Positions 34,616 to 44,390 of a stretch of DNA of 64,000 bases are shown piece by piece. Every line of letters begins with the position of its first letter. Positions within the stretch are counted from its first letter, which is position 1. Made by a program: the position numbers and the translations under genes. A model generated the notes under the pieces. That model did not search any database. It worked only from the letters and a program-made list of their open reading frames with translations, and was not told where the DNA came from. The DNA is taken from the NCBI GenBank assembly GCA_017676145.1, contig GCA_017676145.1_3628.1; one strand, written 5' to 3'. This DNA is from a phage.

Positions 34616-37600
34616 TTAACGAGAAAAGGTTGCGTAGGCTTCTAGACGATACTGCTGGTCACCAGGGAACATAACACCTATAGAGGCTGTCCCTAGAATC
34701 CTGCCTTCCTTTCCAGACTCCATTCTGAACCCTACCCATCCTGAACTCCTTGCAGCATCGATGTTGTCTCTATACCCGAAAGTGGCAAGATCGTCAACAC
34801 CAGCCCCAAACAGCAACTGAAGCTGACTTCTCGGAAGCCCTATAATTTCAGGAATATACGCACCAAAGTACACCATCTGCCCTACCTTAGGACCGCTGCC
34901 GTACTCCATCGGCTTGCTTGTAGAGAAAGTCTTCATACCAGAAGTCCCTGCCGGATTAGGATATGCCCCGTTTGTTGCTGTACCTATCCACATTCTCCAC
35001 TGTGGTGCCATCTGTTTGACAGTAAAAGATGTTGAAGACGTTTTGCGCCCTGCATCATCTGTAACTACAAACTTTATAGTGACATTCCCAGTAGCTTTAA
35101 ATGTTACCAGCCCTGTGGTAGCATCCACTGTTGCAATGTTGGTATTACTACTTTCCCAAGTCTTTCTGATTCCTGGCACATTGGAAGGGGTAATAGAAGG
35201 TTCCTGCATCTGCAGTTTACCACCTACAATCCCTATCCCGTTTCCTGGATTATACAACGCACCAACCTCGTCTACAATGTTACCTGCCTTGAGGCTGTAC
35301 TTTTTAGAGAAGTTGTAAGTGCCGTTATATGTGTGTGTCCCTGAGAAGGTTACATCTGCTTTTCCGTAAGAGATGCAAACCAAAGCATACTTCCTGTCAG
35401 GCAACGGTGCCCCAGTTTCTGGGTGAGTTTTACCCACCTGAAACACACTCGGGTCAGTGGAGTCTTGGCTATCACTAACGGAGTTTGGACCCCCCATCAG
35501 TTGTGACAGGCAATTCCTTACCCATGTCCAGTTATTATCGCTGGAGAAGTCCACAGTTAAATCAAACACAACCCACTCATTTGGCTTCCACACAGGTGTT
35601 GCAATGGACTTGCCTACACCGCCTCCTTGGAGTGTTGCCGACTGTTCAGTGATCAGGGCCGCGTAGGCCAGAGTTCCTAAACTCAGAGTTTGGCTTGCTG
35701 TCCTCACTACCTTAGAATCAGCATCTGTGAAGTTGTTGATGATCTGGAATGTGCCATAAGTGTTTTTACAGGTAATTCTGGCGTTCAGCGTGTCAATCTT
35801 CCTCACATCTGCCATAGCAGTGTTAGACACAGAGAAGTCAGAAGCTTTAGCTGAGTTTGCCGCAACAGCAGGATCAACGTTAAGAGTTGCGTTGAACTGA
35901 CAAGCTGGGGTAACCAGCAGCTTGTTATCACCTATTTGCTTCCATGAAACACTTTGAACAGGGAGATTCCATTTAATACCTGAGAAAACTTTAGCAACCC
36001 TTGGCCCCAGAGCTCCAGTCCTGGTGTCTTTACAGCACATGGACATGGTGATCGTTGACGGAGTGGCCTGACCAAACAATTGCTGTGCTTTTGCAGAGGA
36101 CATGGTGTAGAAATTGTCCTTAACAAACTCATCAGCCGCCAATGATCCGTCAGATCTCCACCATTGCACCTGGTACCCTGTCTTATCCCAGCCACCGACC
36201 TGCTTCAGGTCCTCCCAGGAGATTTCCAGATCCCCAGTGGTAGGGTTGATTGCAGCAGTTCCTGGTGTTCCAGAGGACCATAATGGGATATCGAACCATG
36301 CTGGTTTAACAGATTGTACTGCGTTCGGTCCTATTGCAGCAGCAAGTTGCTGACCCATCAACACACGAGAATCTTTTACCAAGCCCCATTCAATCATGGA
36401 CCCAGAGTAGCCTTCTTTCTTATAGGCCGAAGATCCGTTCAAATGGATAAGCCTGCTGCAGTCGAAACCATACGCCCCGCCACCGTTAGGATCTGCAAAG
36501 TTAGTTATGATTCTATCCCTTATATTTTTCCATGCCCTGCCTCCAATCTCGTAGTCATGGTCATAACATCTCTGCAGCGTTGTCCAGCAAATGATTGCCA
36601 TTCTTCTGCCACCAGTAAACCCGAAAGCGCCGTCATTCAACTCTTTCCACAGATAGCAGTTAGTTGCCCACATAGCTCTGTGGATATTGAACCAGTTTAT
36701 AGACTTAGCAGAATTGTCCCACTGAGTTCCCGGTAATTCAGGCCACACTGCATTAACCAACATGTCTTCTGTTCCTGCATCAACTAAGAACCCTCTCACC
36801 TTTTTACCCATACCTGCCCTGTCTTTAGCAATCCAATTGCCAAACAGTCTCAGTTTTGGACCATAAACGACATCCTCTGGGTGCTCAAAAGAAACATACT
36901 TTAAGTAGATTGTTGGGTCACCGTAGGTGCCATCACAAACACTTTTGTGCATGTTTTCGCCAAGATCTAGACGAAGCCCTGTCACCACTTTAGACGTGTC
37001 GGTGAATTTGTCTGTTAAATCAAATTCATACCACCACCATCCACCACCAAGCATAAATTTCTTGCATCGAGCATTGTCTGTATCAGATATTCTCTTATCC
37101 CCTGCAAAAGGTGAATCAGCAAACTGATAATGCAGAGCAGTCTCGAATAAATGTGTTGAGGTTCCGTTTTCTGCAAGAACTTGCTTACCTATTAAGTCGC
37201 ACTTAATGATCATCACAACACGTTTGTACCCGTTTGTTACTGGAACTTGCATAGACATGGATGTCCCATCCATGTTTGATCTCAGCACGGTCATGACGAT
37301 ATAAGGGTCAACGGCATTGCCCAGAGTTTCAGGACCAGGGATTATCTTGTACTTCTTAACCTGCCCCATAAACCTGTCACTGGCGTAAGTTGCAGCCTCG
37401 AAGCAAGATCCTCCATTAGGTAGTTCGCCAGGACCCCAGAAAAATGCGCCATAACAGTTATAAAACCACTTGTTAGGATCGTATTTGTTCTTGAAGGTCT
37501 GAACCTCGTTAGCCTGTTTTGTCAAGAAAACCTGAGTATCTGTGAAGATTGCAGGATTCACTCTTGCCTGTCGATCAGCATATCCAGGTTGGTTAAACCA

Positions 37601-40252
37601 CTGATTGCAAGAATAGTCCCGCATATAGTCATAATCAGAGTATTTGTTGTTTGCATCCTCGTTCCAACACATATTAAGGTTGGTGCCGCCCATGCACACA
37701 ATATATTCTTCAACATATTTATCACTTCTGGTGGGAATACCTGTGAACCATCTGTTAACAGGTTCGTTCCAAGCGGTACGCTCATCTTTAACGCAGATCG
37801 CAATCCAGTCATGTGTTCCTGTTTTCTTGCACACATCTCGCTTCATACCATAGTAGAATTCTTTAGTATTCGGCTCAGGTGCGCTTATCAGGTAGCTCCA
37901 CGCTTGGTCTGCATAGGTTCCGTCGGTGCGTGGGTCATGATCAAAAGCGTACATAATGATCCTTTCCCCGCCAAGATGTTCACCAAGAGTAACTTTGATG
38001 TTCACATCCCCGTAACCATTGCGAACAACATCCATATTGTCAATAGAGATGCCTCTGGGTGTGTAGGCAATTTTCAGCGAGTTATCCTCACTGGTGCCGC
38101 CAAGAGTAATCCCAATATTGTTTGTCGTCCCGTCGGCATATCTTACCGTGGCTTCCCAGCGTATTCCGAAATATCCTACGTCATGGCTGACAATTTTTAG
38201 TGTACGAGCACCTGGGTTCGGTTTCCCAGGATCAGGCCAAGGGTTTGGGTGTTCGTGAACAGTCAACGATGTCCCGTTTTGTTCGTTGACCTGCAACATT
38301 TTACCACCTCTGCCGTTTGGGTTGAACTCCCATAAGGCCTGTGTCTGCACCAAGTTATCATAGGTATTTCGTCGCTGATTATAAATCTCTTGGGTAACAT
38401 CAGAAGTTACTGATCCAGCATCCATTCTATGGAGTCTGATCATATACGATGTATCCCCTTCTACTGCAGGCTGAGCCGCATTCAGTCCAAAGTATACGGT
38501 GTCATTAACATGGAACTGTTTGTTTCTACCGGCAGTATGCCATTTACCATCAGACGGGTACGCTGGGACGATAGTGTTCCAGTTCAAATTCCTTGTTGTG
38601 TGGGTCCTGCCTGTGCCATGTTTGTCATGATAGGTTATTTTTACAGAGTACAGGCCACGTCTATTAACATTCCTGTTATACTGGGTAACAATAACTTCGT
38701 TGGCCCCACCGTGGTTCCAGTTGGTAGAGAATTGGTAATTTGCATCTGTAACAACCGTGCCTGCAGCATTTACCAGTTCAATCTTATCAATAATGAACGT
38801 GGCCCCTTCTGGTTGAGGCTTCAATTTCATCTTGACCGTATCACCAATGTAAATATTGCTAACACTGCTAACACCGTTAACGTCGAAAATATCTTCAACA
38901 CCCCAACTATCTACTGGGACATTTTTATACCAATTCTCAGGTACCTCCGTGAACCCTTGGCTATTAAGTCTGCCGCCAAACAGGTTATTAGAGCCTGCAA
39001 AACTTCCCCTTGGGATACCTGACCACCAAAGTTTACCATTAACAACAGTAAAGGTTCCTAAAAAACCCTCCCTGTGAATGCCTTGGAAATAAACACTCTC
39101 TGTCCAGCTAACTGGGAGGCGTTGCTCAACGTATTTGGCTGTGGCAAGAGCTTGGTAGTGGATAAAATTGGCCCTAGGGCTATTGTTTGCAGATTGTGCA
39201 CCAATATCATTACATAAGTTGCGAGAGAATCCACGATACTGCTTAGTGCCATTATTGAAGAAAATACCGCTTGTTCCGTACCCACGAGCCATTATTACTT
39301 CATGGGTGTAGGTAATATTTAAGGAACGCCATGTATCATCTCCCCAGACATTTTGCCCGTAGAATACGTTAACAAGCTGCTGGTCATCAGGTCTGTGCAT
39401 TCTTTGTGTTACAACCACTGCCCCGTTCGGACCGCACATGAACCCTTTCCACTCCTCATCTGCAGGAATACCTCTCAAATCGTCACGGGTAATCTGAGCA
39501 GGAGGCCAAACAAGGTCGTTTCTACTGTTGTTTCTCAGAAAATCGTACCCAGCAATCCAGAAACCTCTAGGACCACCGAAAATAACAGAGTTATCATGCA
39601 CCTCACAGTTGATGCTTGGGTTTTTCCAAGGACCTGTTTCAGGATTTTCCGATGTTTCACCAATCTTTACAGGGGTTGCATGCTGGTTTTTATCCACATG
39701 TAAAGATCCGTAGGTGTTGTTACCAGATCCGTACAGGTGTAAAATGCCAGTGCCTTCTGCCTCTGCAATAACCCAAACAGTGTTGTTAATACCGCCCATC
39801 ACCTCAACAAGACGCTCTGGGTGGGTGTCAAGGTGCAACCCTTTAACAATCTGTTCAGGAAGAGGTGTCCACTCGCTTACGTAAACATCATTACCACCTG
39901 CCGCAGTGGATCCGATAAGACCTGCAGTGCAGCCGATGTAGAAAAACTGGTTATCAAAAGTCCGAATCACAAACGCACGGTCTGCTCTCCACACATGATC
40001 AACATTCCAGGCTGTTTCGCTAGGGTAGTTTATAGGGTTACGATCCCCAGTGCGACACTCCCCGAACTTGTTATAGCCAGTGATATTAAGTTGACCGTCG
40101 TCAAAAAGTATAGCTAAGCTATTTACATAGGCTACTGCAGTGCTTGTACCGTCACTGTTGTCTATTGGGTATGACAGAACAGCAAGTTCCTTAACTCCAC
40201 CCCTCTTATCGAGGAAATGACGACCAAGTTTTAGCAAAGGGATTGGAAGCAT
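34616..40252 (-). CDS. Giant tail fibre / adhesin-like structural protein (1878 aa)
   Basis: Longest ORF in the window; C-terminal Big_2-like Ig segment (ATVDATTGLVTFKATGNVTIKFVVTDDAGRK); Gly/Trp-rich repeats consistent with beta-rich domains; last gene of the late block; GGAG RBS. Confidence 0.6.
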   Translation of the reverse strand: MLPIPLLKLGRHFLDKRGGVKELAVLSYPIDNSDGTSTAVAYVNSLAILFDDGQLNITGYNKFGECRTGDRNPINYPSETAWNVDHVWRADRAFVIRTFDNQFFYIGCTAGLIGSTAAGGNDVYVSEWTPLPEQIVKGLHLDTHPERLVEVMGGINNTVWVIAEAEGTGILHLYGSGNNTYGSLHVDKNQHATPVKIGETSENPETGPWKNPSINCEVHDNSVIFGGPRGFWIAGYDFLRNNSRNDLVWPPAQITRDDLRGIPADEEWKGFMCGPNGAVVVTQRMHRPDDQQLVNVFYGQNVWGDDTWRSLNITYTHEVIMARGYGTSGIFFNNGTKQYRGFSRNLCNDIGAQSANNSPRANFIHYQALATAKYVEQRLPVSWTESVYFQGIHREGFLGTFTVVNGKLWWSGIPRGSFAGSNNLFGGRLNSQGFTEVPENWYKNVPVDSWGVEDIFDVNGVSSVSNIYIGDTVKMKLKPQPEGATFIIDKIELVNAAGTVVTDANYQFSTNWNHGGANEVIVTQYNRNVNRRGLYSVKITYHDKHGTGRTHTTRNLNWNTIVPAYPSDGKWHTAGRNKQFHVNDTVYFGLNAAQPAVEGDTSYMIRLHRMDAGSVTSDVTQEIYNQRRNTYDNLVQTQALWEFNPNGRGGKMLQVNEQNGTSLTVHEHPNPWPDPGKPNPGARTLKIVSHDVGYFGIRWEATVRYADGTTNNIGITLGGTSEDNSLKIAYTPRGISIDNMDVVRNGYGDVNIKVTLGEHLGGERIIMYAFDHDPRTDGTYADQAWSYLISAPEPNTKEFYYGMKRDVCKKTGTHDWIAICVKDERTAWNEPVNRWFTGIPTRSDKYVEEYIVCMGGTNLNMCWNEDANNKYSDYDYMRDYSCNQWFNQPGYADRQARVNPAIFTDTQVFLTKQANEVQTFKNKYDPNKWFYNCYGAFFWGPGELPNGGSCFEAATYASDRFMGQVKKYKIIPGPETLGNAVDPYIVMTVLRSNMDGTSMSMQVPVTNGYKRVVMIIKCDLIGKQVLAENGTSTHLFETALHYQFADSPFAGDKRISDTDNARCKKFMLGGGWWWYEFDLTDKFTDTSKVVTGLRLDLGENMHKSVCDGTYGDPTIYLKYVSFEHPEDVVYGPKLRLFGNWIAKDRAGMGKKVRGFLVDAGTEDMLVNAVWPELPGTQWDNSAKSINWFNIHRAMWATNCYLWKELNDGAFGFTGGRRMAIICWTTLQRCYDHDYEIGGRAWKNIRDRIITNFADPNGGGAYGFDCSRLIHLNGSSAYKKEGYSGSMIEWGLVKDSRVLMGQQLAAAIGPNAVQSVKPAWFDIPLWSSGTPGTAAINPTTGDLEISWEDLKQVGGWDKTGYQVQWWRSDGSLAADEFVKDNFYTMSSAKAQQLFGQATPSTITMSMCCKDTRTGALGPRVAKVFSGIKWNLPVQSVSWKQIGDNKLLVTPACQFNATLNVDPAVAANSAKASDFSVSNTAMADVRKIDTLNARITCKNTYGTFQIINNFTDADSKVVRTASQTLSLGTLAYAALITEQSATLQGGGVGKSIATPVWKPNEWVVFDLTVDFSSDNNWTWVRNCLSQLMGGPNSVSDSQDSTDPSVFQVGKTHPETGAPLPDRKYALVCISYGKADVTFSGTHTYNGTYNFSKKYSLKAGNIVDEVGALYNPGNGIGIVGGKLQMQEPSITPSNVPGIRKTWESSNTNIATVDATTGLVTFKATGNVTIKFVVTDDAGRKTSSTSFTVKQMAPQWRMWIGTATNGAYPNPAGTSGMKTFSTSKPMEYGSGPKVGQMVYFGAYIPEIIGLPRSQLQLLFGAGVDDLATFGYRDNIDAARSSGWVGFRMESGKEGRILGTASIGVMFPGDQQYRLEAYATFSR

Positions 40253-40265
40253 TGTGTTCTCCAGA

Positions 40266-40292
40266 TAAGAAAACCGCCCCGTCAGGAGCGGT
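40266..40292 (-). terminator. Possible terminator / stem-loop
   Basis: Minus strand reads accgc-loop-gcggt followed by TTTTCTT, then the RBS of the 1878-aa gene. Confidence 0.4.
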
Positions 40293-40300
40293 CAGATATA

Positions 40301-42046
40301 TTAACGTTGTGCAATAACCACATCCACAATATCACCAACACCACAATATGTCAATTGTAGCAAGGTAACGCTGTTGGCTTTGTTGTTAATGACAGGGGTA
40401 GCCGACAGTATGGCATATTTATCGTGCAAAGTCACGTTGTGGCCTACAGCATCTTGAATGACATAGATGATTGCAGTAAACGGGTAAGGTTTATCTTCAG
40501 CCGATGTTCCAGGCCATTGGCCTATTGTAAAATCCCCTTTCGCGTGGACAACATACATGCTGGCCTGCCCGTTAGGTGTCCATGTCCCACTAGATGCGTC
40601 AACCTCCTCTAAATCAAAATCTACCTTCCCTGCGTGGAAAGTAGGGGCAGTAATAGTTTTACCAGCCTCAATTTCTTGAGAGGTGGTTATCTTACCACTG
40701 GAGTTAATGCCGTTGCAGACAAAGTTAACATTAGAGAAGTCTGGCAGCCACCCAGTCACCGTGCCGGATATTTCAAGGTTGTGAAGATAAGTGGTTCCCG
40801 TACCTGCTGCGTTTAAACTAACATCTCCATTTACCTGCAAGTTGCGGGTAACGTTGCAGTTTTCAGAGTTTGCAGTTGTTGCAGTTAGAGTAGTGGTTGT
40901 CAGCTCGGTAATTGCACCTTTGTTGGCTGTAAGCCCTTCTCCTTCAAAAGTGGCACGCTCATTCACCCTCAGAGTATTTAAAGATATGTTCTGGACGGAT
41001 GCTGTGCCACGAATGACTATAGATCCGCCAACCTCTAAATCTCCATTGATCAGTGCATCTCCCGTGCTTTCAATATAGCTAGGGTAGATCATGGTGCCAT
41101 CTACAGAGTAGGTTATCCCTGTAACGGTACCTGTCACCTCAAGGTTCTTAACCCTGGTGGTCCCATCAACCTGCAATGTCGGTTCGGTTGCTGCCTTCAT
41201 GGCATTACCACGAATGTACACGTAGTCAAAAAAGTTATTACCTAGACCATCAAAATGCACATCGTTGTTATTAGCCACTGGTTTCCCAGAAGTTATAGTG
41301 TCAGCTATAACTCTGTGGGTGGCTACTTCATGAGGTTGCAGCTCTGTGCTTCTCCAGTCTGCATGCTTAGGATCGCTCCACGCAAAAGTCAGTGTAGAAG
41401 TATTTGCAGTAAGGATTAGGTTCCTGAAGCGTGCAGTAGAATCCGCTCCATTAACAGGCCCGTGTAAGGTAAGGGTGCCACCAACTATGGTGTTAGCAAG
41501 TTCTGTAAGACCTTTTACCACCAAAGACCCTACAGTAACTTTCATCCCCTCCATGGCTTTAAATATGCTATCCACATAGTCCACAACAAACTCTGTGTTT
41601 GCTATAGACTCGGACTTATCGTCCATTGGAGGTGTAGGTACTCGCGGGTCACCTTCGAATCTTGGGCTGTTAAGTTTTGCGTAGTATTTTGCCATTACTG
41701 CAGAATCGGTATATAATCTCCAGTTCGGAGATTGTGAAGGATCTGCTGGCATCCTAACCGGGTTAGATTTTGATGCTGCTGGGGCGTACCACCACTGAGG
41801 GCCTGTATCCCCTTTAAACTCATACAACTGGTTAAAAACTGTTGTGGATGCACCATACGCCCAAGGGATTGGTGGCGTTTTAAAATAAAGGGTGTCAAGC
41901 ATGGCTTTTCGTACCGTAGGGATGGTGGTCCCATCCTCTACGACAACTTCATCCACAGCGTTACCGTTGACAATCAGGTGCAAACGTTCAGAATCAACAA
42001 TTACTTGATCTACCGCCTGCTCAAAGCTTGTCATGTCTTGCGCCAT
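40301..42046 (-). CDS. Tail fibre protein
   Basis: 581 aa; Thr/Gly/Asn-rich beta-type repeats (LEVTGTVTGITYSVDGT, NLQVNGDVSLNAAGTGTTY) typical of fibre shafts. Confidence 0.6.
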   Translation of the reverse strand: MAQDMTSFEQAVDQVIVDSERLHLIVNGNAVDEVVVEDGTTIPTVRKAMLDTLYFKTPPIPWAYGASTTVFNQLYEFKGDTGPQWWYAPAASKSNPVRMPADPSQSPNWRLYTDSAVMAKYYAKLNSPRFEGDPRVPTPPMDDKSESIANTEFVVDYVDSIFKAMEGMKVTVGSLVVKGLTELANTIVGGTLTLHGPVNGADSTARFRNLILTANTSTLTFAWSDPKHADWRSTELQPHEVATHRVIADTITSGKPVANNNDVHFDGLGNNFFDYVYIRGNAMKAATEPTLQVDGTTRVKNLEVTGTVTGITYSVDGTMIYPSYIESTGDALINGDLEVGGSIVIRGTASVQNISLNTLRVNERATFEGEGLTANKGAITELTTTTLTATTANSENCNVTRNLQVNGDVSLNAAGTGTTYLHNLEISGTVTGWLPDFSNVNFVCNGINSSGKITTSQEIEAGKTITAPTFHAGKVDFDLEEVDASSGTWTPNGQASMYVVHAKGDFTIGQWPGTSAEDKPYPFTAIIYVIQDAVGHNVTLHDKYAILSATPVINNKANSVTLLQLTYCGVGDIVDVVIAQR

Positions 42047-42055
42047 GATTTCTCC

Positions 42056-42322
42056 TTAAGCTTTTTGCTCTTCGTTTTTAACGTGGTCAGGGTGCTGGCA
42101 ACCCCACCGGAGCGAGATGAATTTGCTAATAAGCTGGGGGCAAGCTACTGAAGGTGCGTATATCCACGCATACCATTCAGGAAGCGTATCATTGTACCCC
42201 ATATGAATAAACACCCCAGTCATCACTGCCATGCCTATGTTTGACCATAGCTTAGATTGGGACACTTTTGTAGGGTCATCAGATGCTGCAACCAGTCCCC
42301 ATAAAAACTGAGTTAATTTCAT
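42056..42322 (-). CDS. Small hypothetical membrane protein
   Basis: 88 aa; hydrophobic segment IGMAVMTGVFIHMGY. Confidence 0.4.
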   Translation of the reverse strand: MKLTQFLWGLVAASDDPTKVSQSKLWSNIGMAVMTGVFIHMGYNDTLPEWYAWIYAPSVACPQLISKFISLRWGCQHPDHVKNEEQKA

Positions 42323-42331
42323 TTACCCTCT

Positions 42332-43378
42332 TTAAGCATAAGATATGGTGATCCATTGACCGTTTACAAATTTTTGAATGGCTCCAGTCCAATAGTCGCC
42401 CTGATACGGGTGTTTATATGCGTAATTGCCGGAGCACATTACATGCCCAGGGTATACTCTTGATTCTCTGTAGGTGGTTCTGAAACGGTTTGCTATCCTT
42501 ACATCTTCAACACCTCTACTAGGCATAGGAATAGTAAGGTTACCACTACTGTCTGCGCTACTACCATTTACCCTGCGGACCACGTTTCTTCCACCAACTG
42601 TTGCATATTGACCCCTGGCGGTTTTATCGTTACAATCTACTCTTCCACCTATTTGAGCGCTGCCGCAGGATTGTTGCCCATTAACAGTGGATCTAGGTAT
42701 CGTTACCGCATTAGCATTTGCAGAGGAGCTTTTTGCATCATTGCATTCAAGATTTCCTTGGATAGCCAGTCTTGCACGGTTGGCAGTTATAGCATTGAGC
42801 TTCATAGCCGAAAACACAGGCTGCCCACCAGAAGGTTGAAATCTCCAACGGAAACCGTCTATTTGGTGAGAGGGATCATCAAGGTCTGTGCCGTCAGCAC
42901 CACCGATGTTGTCCATAATCCAGAAATCCATCATCGTCTTGTCTGGAGTTATGGTGGTGTATATCGCCGCACTATCTGTTGACGCGGATGCAAACTCGAT
43001 TCTTTGAAGACCTAAAGTTTGAGTCTGGATCATTGTGTCTCCAGCCTTGTCAACATAAAGGTCATCCATTTCTTCAGGCGAGTATACATTGAGAACTTGA
43101 CGTGCAGCAGCTTTGTCTGGAACGTCTGCCAGATTATTAGTGACCCTTAAGAATCTATTATCCCATCCTGGGACAACATCTTCTGTTAAATGCTTTAGCC
43201 ACGCAGAGAGCATGTGGAGTTCAAAGTTAACAACTTCACATGCTATCCTTTGTGTCATATCCCAACCTTTCAATCTCTCTTCTTTGTTCGGTTGAGATTT
43301 GTTCAACTCTCCTGTATTTTCAAGCACAACATCCTGATTGGCCCAAATATCAAGAGGGATAACTGGTTTAGTCATCAC
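42332..43378 (-). CDS. Tail fibre protein (paralog of 44391-45431)
   Basis: 348 aa; N-terminus PLDIWANQDVVL...KGWD and C-terminus QKFVNGQWITISYA shared with the 44391-45431 product; divergent central region. Confidence 0.65.
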   Translation of the reverse strand: MMTKPVIPLDIWANQDVVLENTGELNKSQPNKEERLKGWDMTQRIACEVVNFELHMLSAWLKHLTEDVVPGWDNRFLRVTNNLADVPDKAAARQVLNVYSPEEMDDLYVDKAGDTMIQTQTLGLQRIEFASASTDSAAIYTTITPDKTMMDFWIMDNIGGADGTDLDDPSHQIDGFRWRFQPSGGQPVFSAMKLNAITANRARLAIQGNLECNDAKSSSANANAVTIPRSTVNGQQSCGSAQIGGRVDCNDKTARGQYATVGGRNVVRRVNGSSADSSGNLTIPMPSRGVEDVRIANRFRTTYRESRVYPGHVMCSGNYAYKHPYQGDYWTGAIQKFVNGQWITISYA

Positions 43379-43435
43379 GTTCTCCTGAGAAAATTCCTTA
43401 AGGACTATTTTAACACTTTAGAGAACAAAATGCAA

Positions 43436-43455
43436 GAACGGCATCCTTGCCGTTC
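43436..43455 (-). terminator. Stem-loop / probable terminator
   Basis: gaacggca-tcct-tgccgttc perfect 8-bp stem; T-rich tract follows on the minus strand. Confidence 0.45.
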
Positions 43456-43465
43456 TGACCTTTGT

Positions 43466-43780
43466 TTACCTTTTACTATGCTCTACAAGCATGTGTAAAA
43501 TCTTTTGCACATCGGCTCTGATACCGGAGACATCTGTCCTGACATCTTGCTTAAGGTCGTTAATATCGGCCTCTAGCTTACTTAACCGGGTCTCAATAAT
43601 GGAATCAAGTCTATCTTTTGTAACCATGCTATTTTTCACTAAAATGAGGTCTTTCTCCAGCTCATCCAACCTCTTGGAAATGCCTTTCCATTTGGTGTGC
43701 CACTGGTTGAAAGCCCATACACAGATCGGGACAACGGTACCCATGCAGATACCGTACAATGCCGCCAAATCCAACTCCAC
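43466..43780 (-). CDS. Small membrane-anchored coiled-coil protein
   Basis: 104 aa; hydrophobic N-terminus LYGICMGTVVPICVWAF then a heptad-like LDELEKDLILVK...LSKLEADINDLKQDV segment. Confidence 0.45.
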   Translation of the reverse strand: MELDLAALYGICMGTVVPICVWAFNQWHTKWKGISKRLDELEKDLILVKNSMVTKDRLDSIIETRLSKLEADINDLKQDVRTDVSGIRADVQKILHMLVEHSKR

Positions 43781-43791
43781 AACACCTCCTC

Positions 43792-44376
43792 TTAGAGGGT
43801 AGGTCGTTCCGGGAAGAAAATGTCAGGGGCTTTAGATGTATCTATTTCAAGAAGTTTTACCCTGTACATTTTCAAATCTCTGATGTTGCGTTTTTGGTCA
43901 TCAGTGAGATCGTATTCAAGGTCAATCATGTCTTGATAGGCACCAATTCTAGCAGTAGCCCAAGCAAGTTCTGTCTCTATGACACCCTCTGCCTGTTGAA
44001 CAAAGAATTCATTGTCTGTGACAAATTCATCACCAACTAAACGCAAAGCGTCGTGGTGGAGCATAATGTTTTCTGGTACCTCTTCTTTTTTGGCGATAAC
44101 CACACGAAGACCTGGAGCAGGCCACAAGGCATCAGGTTCTTCTGTAGATGTCTTAAGAATACCCTTCTCGTCAACAAGTAGGAAGATACAGCCTGGATTT
44201 TCTTGTCGTAGTGTTCGTGATTGCACATACCAATCGCCATCATCATTACGTAAAAAATATCCAGTGTATGCCGTATAATCCTCAACCTCCTGAGGAGTCA
44301 GCTCCTTGGTACCTTTGTTGGTGTGGTATTCGCCAGATCCCGGTTGGTAAAGCTTAAACTCTTGAAGTATTTTCAT
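43792..44376 (-). CDS. Tail fibre assembly chaperone (Tfa family)
   Basis: C-terminus DLKMYRVKLLEIDTSKAPDIFFPERP matches the conserved Tfa motif (lambda Tfa [28 protein letters not shown]); located directly downstream of a fibre gene. Confidence 0.8.
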   Translation of the reverse strand: MKILQEFKLYQPGSGEYHTNKGTKELTPQEVEDYTAYTGYFLRNDDGDWYVQSRTLRQENPGCIFLLVDEKGILKTSTEEPDALWPAPGLRVVIAKKEEVPENIMLHHDALRLVGDEFVTDNEFFVQQAEGVIETELAWATARIGAYQDMIDLEYDLTDDQKRNIRDLKMYRVKLLEIDTSKAPDIFFPERPTL

Positions 44377-44390
44377 GCTAGTCCTCCGAT

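Noticed and set aside
34914-39022. Plus-strand ORFs inside the 1878-aa gene and other late genes (e.g. 34914-35318, 37589-38200, 38429-39022, 50153-50635, 54256-54834)
   Set aside because: Antisense shadow ORFs within long structural genes; no independent support
42056-43780. Holin/spanin lysis cassette among the fibre genes
   Set aside because: Two small proteins have hydrophobic segments, but there is no adjacent endolysin and no clear holin topology; more likely fibre-associated or unknown
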